Source of the DNA: Sulfurimonas sp.
GTDB lineage: Bacteria > Campylobacterota > Campylobacteria > Campylobacterales > Sulfurimonadaceae
NCBI GenBank assembly: GCA_041595535.1
Contig: JBFHKA010000002.1
Span: 20,263-84,262, forward strand
Direction of reading: 5' to 3'
Length of the DNA: 64,000 bases
Both the position numbers and the translations under genes were made by a program. Positions 56,841 to 64,000 of this stretch are shown in pieces (the first letter of the stretch is position 1; the number at the start of each line of letters is the position of its first letter). Under the pieces are notes generated by a model. It was given only the letters and a program-made list of their open reading frames with translations. It searched no databases and was not told the origin of the DNA.

Positions 56841-56895
56841 ATGTTTGAAAGATTTTTAGTGAAGTCTTCAGTGGTGGACGAGGATGGGGTTCGAA
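56841..56895 (-). repeat. Degenerate direct repeat of the tRNA-Ser 3' end and its downstream flank (att-like)
   Basis: TCTTCAGTGGTGGACGAGGA(T)GGGGTTCGAA at 56865-56895 matches 57657-57686 with one inserted base; ATGTTTGAAAG lies 24 nt upstream of both copies (56841, 57633). Confidence 0.9.
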
Positions 56896-56926
56896 AAACC
56901 CCACGCTTGAATAGTATGTATTAGAG

Positions 56927-57484
56927 TTAGTTATATACTACACTAACATACCCTGTTTCAGGAGTGATAGTTAAAATAGCTGACTCCGCACCACTTGAGA
57001 CAGTAATTGTACAATCAGCACTTAGTAATTCTCCTGCTGTTCCTGCTGCAGTATATGGAGAAGTTGTAGCCGCTAAACTTCCAATCATAGGTCGTCCTAA
57101 ATGATCAAAGCTAATGATAGTTTGTCCATTACATCCACCTCCAAAAGCTAATGAAACATTTCCTTTAAGCTCAACATTATTTATATTTGTTCTATCTTGA
57201 GGATCTTTTGCAAAAGTAGTTCCATTGTCACTTTGAATAGTATAAAACCGATTATTAACACCACTAAATACTATCTGCCATCTATTTATAAACCATGTAT
57301 TATCTGCTGCATTATACTTATCGTCAATCATTGCTAAGTGTTGTGTGTATCTAATCTGTGAGGCTAAATCAACTGTAGCTTCTTGAACTGGATTTGTTCT
57401 AGTACTTGGGACTATGATGGCAAGAAGAACCCCTATAACTACAATAACAAATATAAGTTCTAACATAGTAAAGGCTTTTTTCAT
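56927..57484 (-). CDS. Type IV pilin / pseudopilin (prepilin N-terminal cleavage and methylation domain)
   Basis: MKKA|FTMLELIFVIVVIGVLLAII class III signal (F+1, E+5); AGGAAG RBS; two Cys in the C-terminal region. The longer ORF-track start runs through the tRNA. Confidence 0.92.
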   Translation of the reverse strand: MKKAFTMLELIFVIVVIGVLLAIIVPSTRTNPVQEATVDLASQIRYTQHLAMIDDKYNAADNTWFINRWQIVFSGVNNRFYTIQSDNGTTFAKDPQDRTNINNVELKGNVSLAFGGGCNGQTIISFDHLGRPMIGSLAATTSPYTAAGTAGELLSADCTITVSSGAESAILTITPETGYVSVVYN

Positions 57485-57547
57485 TTTTACTCTTCCTTTT
57501 CTATAATCTTTGACTGCATTAAAAAACAGCCTAATTTCATTGGTTTG

Positions 57548-57556
57548 ATTATAGCA
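57548..57556 (-). promoter_or_regulatory. Extended -10 for the pilin gene
   Basis: TGCTATAAT about 64 nt upstream of the ATG. Confidence 0.7.
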
Positions 57557-57663
57557 CAGTTTAATTTTAATATACGACTTTTTGAATTTGAAAAATAACT
57601 TACAAGGTAAAAGAATTTTTGATTTTAAAAATATGTTTGAAAGTACATAAAGTAGCTCTTCAG

Positions 57664-57753
57664 TGGTGGACGAGGAGGGGTTCGAACCCTCGGTACAGTT
57701 ACCCATACGCATCCTTAGCAGGGATGTGGTTTCAGCCGCTCACCCACTCGTCC
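57664..57753 (-). tRNA. tRNA-Ser(GCT)
   Basis: GGACGAG/CTCGTCC acceptor stem, CATCC-CT GCT AA-GGATG anticodon arm, long variable arm, GAGGG-TTCGAAC-CCCTC T-arm, encoded CCA; 90 nt. Confidence 0.97.
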
Positions 57754-57767
57754 ATTTGAAGAGTGAG

Positions 57768-57800
57768 ATTATAGTCACAGTTTGATAACATTTAGCTTAA
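57768..57800 (-). promoter_or_regulatory. sigma70 promoter of tRNA-Ser
   Basis: TTAAGC-N21-TATAAT, the Campylobacterales housekeeping pattern. Confidence 0.65.
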
Positions 57801-57813
57801 ATAGGCTAAATGC

Positions 57814-58497
57814 CTAGATTTGCTCTAGTATTTTTCTTACAATTTCTGCTGGATTTTCTGCTTTATAGATAGGACGACCAACTACTATAAAGTCAACCAA
57901 TGCACTTTTTGCGTACTTCACATCAGCAACACGTTGCTGATCTCCAGCATCTTCACCAAATGGACGTATACCAGGTGTAAGTGTCATAAAATCTTTTGAC
58001 GTACTATTTTTGATTGATTCACTCTCAAATGCTGAACAAACTACACCGTCAAGTCCACTCTCCATAGCATCTTTTGCGAACTGGTCAGCCTTATTTGCAA
58101 TTCCTTTTTCATATACTGCCGAAAACTCATCCTCATTAAACGAAGTAAGAGCCGTTACAGCCAAAACAATAGGTCGTTTCTCGTATGAACTAAGTCTATT
58201 CATAACTTCACTCATAGCACGCTTACCAGCGCTTGCATGAACATTAAACATATCTACACCAAGCCCCATAATCGACTCAGCAGCATCAGCCATAGTGTTT
58301 GGAATGTCATAGAGTTTGAGGTCTAAAAATATTTTAAAATCAGGATTTATTTTTTTAATTGCTTTTAAAAAATTTTTTCCATCACGTATATACGTTCGAA
58401 GTCCAACTTTGAGCCAGACATTATACTCTTTTATATTTTCAATGAGTGCGAGGTTCTCTTCTTTTGTGGGTAAATCTAGGGCTACACATAATTCCAT
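57814..58497 (-). CDS. pyrF: Orotidine-5'-phosphate decarboxylase
   Basis: [50 protein letters not shown]. Confidence 0.98.
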   Translation of the reverse strand: MELCVALDLPTKEENLALIENIKEYNVWLKVGLRTYIRDGKNFLKAIKKINPDFKIFLDLKLYDIPNTMADAAESIMGLGVDMFNVHASAGKRAMSEVMNRLSSYEKRPIVLAVTALTSFNEDEFSAVYEKGIANKADQFAKDAMESGLDGVVCSAFESESIKNSTSKDFMTLTPGIRPFGEDAGDQQRVADVKYAKSALVDFIVVGRPIYKAENPAEIVRKILEQI

Positions 58498-58598
58498 ATT
58501 GTCTCTTTTAATTTTATTACGAAATTATATCATTTTGTTCTCCGCAAAATCAGAAAAAAGATGTATGATTTCAAAATTATATCTTGTGGAGGTACATT

Positions 58599-59249
58599 AT
58601 GCCTTACAAACACTACACTAGGCTATTTAAAGAACTTAAAAACTCTAAGTTACTTAAATTGCAAATCACAGTTTTACTTTTTAGCACCTACAATGACTGG
58701 GTACTCATGCCATATATAGCAAAACTAGAGGGTCTCTATCTACCAGTATTAATGATAAGCTTTTATATGCTAATAGGAGCTACTGATGGTTTAATACAGC
58801 CACTTTTTAAGAAAATAAAAATTTACAAAATTTATCTTTTTGTTATTATTCTTGATATTATTCAAATCAGTAGCTACTATTTAGAAACTATTAGTATCTT
58901 AGTATTTACGTATGTCATACTCACTATTTTCACTTTTCAAGCTATCACTTTTGAAATTTCAAGAATTCATACCATAGACTTTATGAAAGAGGAAATAGAA
59001 CTCAAAGAGTATTTGATGTTACGTTCTTTTATTGTCTCTGCGGCTATTATTGGTGGAGCTGTAAGTGCTATGATTCTTGACTATTTCAATGTAGAGCTAA
59101 AACGTGTTTTATTGATTCTTGCAATACTAGGGATATATGCGATTTTTATAGAGTATAAACTTTATGCAAAATTTAAAAAGATAGTTCAAAATGAGGAAAC
59201 TATCATTGAGAGACAAAAAAGTCTACTCAATGAAAAGATAAATATTTAA
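58599..59249 (+). CDS. Hypothetical membrane protein with about 6 TM segments (half-MFS-like)
   Basis: GGAGG RBS before ATG58599; six hydrophobic segments. Confidence 0.7.
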   Translation: MPYKHYTRLFKELKNSKLLKLQITVLLFSTYNDWVLMPYIAKLEGLYLPVLMISFYMLIGATDGLIQPLFKKIKIYKIYLFVIILDIIQISSYYLETISILVFTYVILTIFTFQAITFEISRIHTIDFMKEEIELKEYLMLRSFIVSAAIIGGAVSAMILDYFNVELKRVLLILAILGIYAIFIEYKLYAKFKKIVQNEETIIERQKSLLNEKINI

Positions 59250-59264
59250 AAAGGAAGGTTTAAT

Positions 59265-61220
59265 CTACAGAGCACAAGAGTTTACGATAGATTCGATTTT
59301 ACCAACTACACTTGGATCTTCAAGAGTTGAAATATCTTGAGTAATTGCTTCACCTTTTGCAATGGAGCGAAGAATACGTCTCATTATCTTTCCTGAACGT
59401 GTTTTTGGAAGTCCTGGAGCAAAAACCATATCATCACAAAGTGCAATATTTCCTATCTCTTTTTTGATGACATTATTAATCGCTTTTACCTCTTCTACTT
59501 CATCTGCAATACTATTATCAGATTTGAGTACAATATAAGCAAAAATACCTTCACCTTTGAGTTCATGTGGTTTACCAACAACTGCAACTTCTGCTACATT
59601 TGGATGTTTTTTGATAGCTGCTTCAACTTCAGCAGTTCCCATTCTGTGTCCAGATACATTAATAACATCATCCGTACGACCTGTAATTGTAATATATCCA
59701 TCTTCATCATAACGAGCACCATCACCTGTAAAGTAAACAGGTTTGCCATCTTTTTTTGCATCGCCAAAGTATGATTTCACATAACGTTCTTCATCTCCCC
59801 AAACACCACGAATTTGTGATGGCCAAGGACGAGTAATACACATAAGACCTGTTTCACCTACTTCAGTTTTAACACCATCTACGTCTAAAATCTCAGCCAT
59901 AATTCCTGGTAATGGGAATGTTGCACAAGCAGGTTTTATCGGTGTAGCACCTGGAAGTGGAGAAACAATATGCCCACCAGTCTCAGTTTGCCAATAAGTA
60001 TCTACGATAGCGCAATTTGAATTTCCTACTTCTTCATAGTACCATTTCCATGCCGGAGGATCGATTGGCTCGCCAACTGTTCCAAGTACTTTTAAAGATG
60101 ATAAGTCATATTTAGCTGGTTCATCTTTTCCTTCTTTGTGTAAAACACGAATAGCAGTTGGTGCCGTATAGAATTGATTAATTCTATGATTTTCTACCAT
60201 TGACCAAGGACGACCAGCATCCGGAAAGGTAATAACGCCCTCAAACATAACTGTAGTAGCACCCATTGCAAGTGGACCATAAACGATGTACGTATGTCCT
60301 GTAATCCAACCAACATCGGCAGTACACCAGTAAGTATCGTTCTCTTTTACATCAAATACCCACTCCATAGTCATTTGTGCCCAAAGAATATAACCTGCCG
60401 AGTTATGCTGTACACCTTTTGGTTTACCAGTTGAGCCTGAAGTGTAAAGCAAGAAGAGTGGATCTTCAGCATCCATTATCTCTGGTTCACATACAGCAGA
60501 TTTTGATTTTATTAGCTCATTGTATGAGTAATCACGACCAGCTACCCAAGTAACATCTTCGTTATTTCTCTCAACTACAAGAACTTTTTCAACTGGAGAA
60601 TTAGCATCAATCGCAGCATCTACAACAGGTTTAAGCATATATGGTTTTTCTTTTCTAAATGCACCATCAGCAGTGATTACCACTTTTGCCTCAGCATCTT
60701 CTATTCTATCTTTTAGTGCTTCTGCAGAAAAACCACCAAATACAATACTATGAATTGCACCAATACGAGCACATGCTAGCATTGCATAAGCAGCTTCAGG
60801 AATCATTGGCATATAAATAACAACTCTATCGCCTTTTTTAACACCAAAATCTTCTTTTAAAAGATTCGCAAGTCTATTTACATTTTTGTAAAGATCTAAA
60901 TAAGTAATAGTCTGAACATCGCCTTTATCACCTTCAAAAATAATAGCCGCTTTGTTCTTACGTGAGGACAAATGTCTGTCTATACATTGAGCAGAAACAT
61001 TCAATTTTCCACCATCAAACCATTTTACAAAAGGAGCTTTACTCTCGTCCAAAACATTTGTAAATGGTTCAATCCAATCTATTTTCTCTGTAGCGAATCT
61101 ACCCCAAAATCCCTCATAGTCTTCAATTGCTTCCTCTTGAAGCGTTTGATACTCACACATATTTTTTATTCTAGCAGTTTTTGCAAACTCTTTATTTGGG
61201 TTAAATATCGGTTTCGACAT
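59265..61220 (-). CDS. acs: Acetate--CoA ligase (AMP-forming)
   Basis: [65 protein letters not shown]. Confidence 0.98.
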   Translation of the reverse strand: MSKPIFNPNKEFAKTARIKNMCEYQTLQEEAIEDYEGFWGRFATEKIDWIEPFTNVLDESKAPFVKWFDGGKLNVSAQCIDRHLSSRKNKAAIIFEGDKGDVQTITYLDLYKNVNRLANLLKEDFGVKKGDRVVIYMPMIPEAAYAMLACARIGAIHSIVFGGFSAEALKDRIEDAEAKVVITADGAFRKEKPYMLKPVVDAAIDANSPVEKVLVVERNNEDVTWVAGRDYSYNELIKSKSAVCEPEIMDAEDPLFLLYTSGSTGKPKGVQHNSAGYILWAQMTMEWVFDVKENDTYWCTADVGWITGHTYIVYGPLAMGATTVMFEGVITFPDAGRPWSMVENHRINQFYTAPTAIRVLHKEGKDEPAKYDLSSLKVLGTVGEPIDPPAWKWYYEEVGNSNCAIVDTYWQTETGGHIVSPLPGATPIKPACATFPLPGIMAEILDVDGVKTEVGETGLMCITRPWPSQIRGVWGDEERYVKSYFGDAKKDGKPVYFTGDGARYDEDGYITITGRTDDVINVSGHRMGTAEVEAAIKKHPNVAEVAVVGKPHELKGEGIFAYIVLKSDNSIADEVEEVKAINNVIKKEIGNIALCDDMVFAPGLPKTRSGKIMRRILRSIAKGEAITQDISTLEDPSVVGKIESIVNSCAL

Positions 61221-61837
61221 TATTTTTTCTCCTGTGTTAATTTTAAATAAATCATTGCTGTCATAATTGCATCATTGACAGCATTATGGACTCCCATGCT
61301 GGGAATATTACATTGATTTAAGATTGTATCAAATCGTAAATCAATATTTCCTTGTGGAATCACTCCAATCGCTTTATCGAAGTAAATTTCCGAAACTTCT
61401 ACACTCTTATTTGGCAAAGTGATGCCAAATAAAGGTTTTGTGTATTTGTTTATCATACTGACATCAAATTCTAAAAAATACCCGATAAGCGGCCGCGAAC
61501 CTATAAAATGCAAAAATTTCTTTATAGCGACTTCACTTTCATAAGCATCTTTTAAATCACAATGACGTATACCGTGTATCTCAATGCTCTTAGTATTTAT
61601 CTCTTTCGTATTTTTGATGAATATCTCAAAAGTTTCAGAAGTGAGTATTTTATTATTTTTTATCTTTACAGCTCCTATAGAGAGTATTTCATCTACTTTA
61701 GGATTTAAACCTGTTGTCTCTGTATCAAAAACAACATACTCACCACTTTCATCTTCCTCGAACAAAAAATCAAATTCTTGTGTATTTAACTTTGAACGAT
61801 TTCTATTTTTATGAAATTTTGAAATAAAGGAGAACAT
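61220..61837 (-). CDS. DEDDh 3'-5' exonuclease (DnaQ-like)
   Basis: [10 protein letters not shown] (ExoI), GYFLEFD (ExoII), HNAVNDA (ExoIII). Confidence 0.92.
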   Translation of the reverse strand: MFSFISKFHKNRNRSKLNTQEFDFLFEEDESGEYVVFDTETTGLNPKVDEILSIGAVKIKNNKILTSETFEIFIKNTKEINTKSIEIHGIRHCDLKDAYESEVAIKKFLHFIGSRPLIGYFLEFDVSMINKYTKPLFGITLPNKSVEVSEIYFDKAIGVIPQGNIDLRFDTILNQCNIPSMGVHNAVNDAIMTAMIYLKLTQEKK

Positions 61838-61839
61838 TT

Positions 61840-63654
61840 TTACATAACCATATTTAAATGAAAATGAAAACTCATAAATTTCTTGAATTTATTGATGATT
61901 TTGAAACTATCTTTGAGTAAATCTCTCTGAATTTTAGAAAATTTCTGAGGATTTATGTAATTGCTCTCATCAATCTCTTTTGCTTCTAACATTGCTTGAA
62001 GACGAATTGCACTTAAAGTATCAAAACTTTCTATCAACTCTGTTGCAAAATTTTTATCTATTATACCCCTGTTGTTTAGCTCTTTTATTCTTTCTACTGT
62101 GTTTGTTGCATGAATGTCAAATTTTAAGGCAAGAGTACGAACTCCATGCACAATCGCAAAAACACCACCTTTTTTCAAGTCAAGCTTATTTTTATGATTT
62201 TTTTCAAGCACAAAACCAGAAAAAAGTGAAAGAGGTGTGTCAAAATTTAACACAGCTTTTGCAATGTGTGCCAAAACATCATCTCGTGCATAAAAACTAT
62301 TGTAAAGATAGACTTTTACTTCATCTAATAATTCGCTCTCTCCCGCTACACACTTTGCATCAAGAAAGATACTTATATTTTGTACACTTGCATCAGACAT
62401 GCTACTTACCCACTCATCTATAACTGTTTTAAAACCTTTAACATCTCTTCTCCAGTACTCGTTACTTACCATCACATTTCCACGACATTTTGGGAAACCT
62501 AACTCTAAAAGGTAAGCATTTAATTGTATCATTGGTGCTGTATAGAGCTCAATATCAACTCCATTTCTTACTATGAGGGCATTGTCTTGATCTGTTTTGA
62601 TTGTCTGCTCTTCTCGACCTTCACTCCCCATCACAATCAAAGCACAATTCTCTCTTAATTCACTAGAAAGAGACATTGTAAAGACTTTTTTATATATTTT
62701 AGTGTTGAGAGTTGCAACTAGTTTTGTAATGTATCGTACTTTTACACCTTTTGCACGCAGTGTAATTATGAGGTTTTTTAAATCACTCTGCAACTCTTTA
62801 AGCTCTTCTATATTTTCAGCTCTTTCAATTTGTACAGCAATAAGATGCGAATGATTTGCAAAATAACTAAGCAAGTCTAATTGCTCCAATACACCAACAA
62901 TTCTATCTTCATCCATAACTACAACTCTTTTAATTCCACTATGTGTCATCACTAAAAGTGCATTAAATAAAAAATCATTTATGTCAATGGTTATGATTTT
63001 TTTTGTTGCAATTGTTGCTATTGCATCATTTACACTGATACTACCTAAAAGTACCCCATATCTTAAGTCACTATTCGTAACTATTCTTTGCTCATTTGAA
63101 TCATCTACAATAATGACATTTGCTTTGAGTTTTTCTTGTTTTTTGAGGGCTTCAAGGATGGTTTCGTCTGATTTTACAACACAAGCTGCATGCAGATATA
63201 TTTCTGAGACTTTAGACATTAAAAATGGAGATAAATCACTTGCACTATCTTGGTTTTTAAGTTGTTTATGCCGTGATATAAAATCTTCTAGAAAATAACC
63301 TTGAATCTTTTTATTTTGCATTAATTCAAGAAAATCTTCTTTTTTTATCTCATAACAAATAAGCTCTTCATCTACAACAAATTTTCCCTCTGTTGTCCCA
63401 TATATTAATGCATCTGCATCAAAATAATCACCACTAGAGTAGACATTATGTACTTCATCCTCTTTAAACTCAACAACGGAACCTTTAATGATAATGTAAA
63501 ATGCAATAGAAGGAATACTTTTAGAGATAAGAAGAGTGTCTTTTGTGTAGTATGCTATATCTATTTTTTGCATTAAGTTATCGAGTTCATTTGAACTCAA
63601 TAACTCAAAAGGATGTATAGACTCAATTAATTTGCGTTGGTCTAATATACTCAT
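61840..63654 (-). CDS. cNMP-binding + CBS pair + DUF294 nucleotidyltransferase protein
   Basis: N-terminal cNMP fold (HPFELL...FYIIIKGSV), two CBS domains, Pol-beta NTase MGSEGREEQTIKTDQDNAL, DUF294_C LDLKKGG...GVRTLAL. Confidence 0.92.
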   Translation of the reverse strand: MSILDQRKLIESIHPFELLSSNELDNLMQKIDIAYYTKDTLLISKSIPSIAFYIIIKGSVVEFKEDEVHNVYSSGDYFDADALIYGTTEGKFVVDEELICYEIKKEDFLELMQNKKIQGYFLEDFISRHKQLKNQDSASDLSPFLMSKVSEIYLHAACVVKSDETILEALKKQEKLKANVIIVDDSNEQRIVTNSDLRYGVLLGSISVNDAIATIATKKIITIDINDFLFNALLVMTHSGIKRVVVMDEDRIVGVLEQLDLLSYFANHSHLIAVQIERAENIEELKELQSDLKNLIITLRAKGVKVRYITKLVATLNTKIYKKVFTMSLSSELRENCALIVMGSEGREEQTIKTDQDNALIVRNGVDIELYTAPMIQLNAYLLELGFPKCRGNVMVSNEYWRRDVKGFKTVIDEWVSSMSDASVQNISIFLDAKCVAGESELLDEVKVYLYNSFYARDDVLAHIAKAVLNFDTPLSLFSGFVLEKNHKNKLDLKKGGVFAIVHGVRTLALKFDIHATNTVERIKELNNRGIIDKNFATELIESFDTLSAIRLQAMLEAKEIDESNYINPQKFSKIQRDLLKDSFKIINKFKKFMSFHFHLNMVM

Positions 63655-63656
63655 AC

Positions 63657-64000
63657 TTAATGCTCTGACGCGCCTTCAGCACCAATACCAGTTTGTGAAC
63701 GAACATATTGTGCTTCAAATGCCTCTGCTTCATCTTTTGCATTTTGTGAGTTATCAGTTATGGAGAAGAACCAAATACCTATAAATGCAGCTGTTACAGA
63801 AAAAAGTGCTGGATATTTATAAGGGAAAATTGCTTCTGCATTTCCCAAAATTTGCACCCATACAATTGGACCTAAGATAACAAGTATTACAGCCGAAGCC
63901 AGACCTATAGAACCACCGATTACTGCTCCACGAGTTGTTAATTTTTTCCAATACATTGAAAGGAATAAAATTGGAAAGTTAGCAGACGCTGCAATTGCAA
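63657..64000 (-). CDS. actP: Cation/acetate symporter ActP (SSS family), 3' end only
   Basis: Frame open to the window edge: [24 protein letters not shown]...[10 protein letters not shown]...[15 protein letters not shown]; adjacent to the acs cluster. Confidence 0.88.
   Translation of the reverse strand, partial: AIAASANFPILFLSMYWKKLTTRGAVIGGSIGLASAVILVILGPIVWVQILGNAEAIFPYKYPALFSVTAAFIGIWFFSITDNSQNAKDEAEAFEAQYVRSQTGIGAEGASEH

Noticed and set aside
57485-57712. 76-aa N-terminal extension of the pilin in the ORF track
   Set aside because: It runs through the tRNA-Ser gene and the pilin's own promoter; the class III signal and RBS define ATG57484.
987-63298. Numerous 60-145-aa antisense or off-frame ORFs in the track (for example 25751-26185, 47322-47759, 61980-62423)
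   Set aside because: They lie entirely within well-supported genes, have no RBS or recognisable motifs, and read like shadow ORFs.
1-64000. CRISPR array, IS element, integrase or prophage genes
   Set aside because: No regularly spaced repeats, no transposase or recombinase motifs and no phage structural genes; the only mobility signature is the tRNA-end duplication.

Overview
AT-rich chromosomal window from a Campylobacterota (Epsilonproteobacteria) bacterium, most like Sulfurimonas; the taxon is inferred from gene content, gene order and promoter style. Left part (1-24.8 kb): rplI-hslVU-era runs without a break into two peptidoglycan peptidases (Csd6/Pgp2-like, Csd4/Pgp1-like) and a MSHA/Cts-like type IV pilus/T2SS biogenesis operon, followed by yigZ, yebC, metY/metX, xseB, a degenerate nitrilase, a ThiF-like protein, a diguanylate cyclase and valS. 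Middle (24.8-35.8 kb): SulP, a sigma54-type flgH operon (flgH, transglutaminase-like protein, GGDEF*/EAL, PAS kinase), two small unannotated ORFs, a MutS with a C-terminal HNH nuclease (MutS7-like) and a short MscS. The main accessory feature is a 16.5-kb, 16-gene minus-strand uptake and processing locus (35855-52366): TonB, 3 TonB-dependent receptors, 3 paralogous periplasmic binding proteins, 1 permease/ATPase, 2 SAM methyltransferases, a truncated globin, a luciferase-like monooxygenase, a stand-alone TiaS-like module, a 4-Cys microprotein and a DUF4405-like protein, with a shared palindrome in both promoter regions. Right part: tamAB, a 792-bp pilin islet bounded by a duplicated tRNA-Ser 3' end, pyrF, a half-MFS-like protein, and the acs / DEDDh exonuclease / cNMP-CBS-nucleotidyltransferase / actP cluster. 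I saw no CRISPR array, transposase or integrase. All family assignments come from motif recognition by eye; no database search was run.
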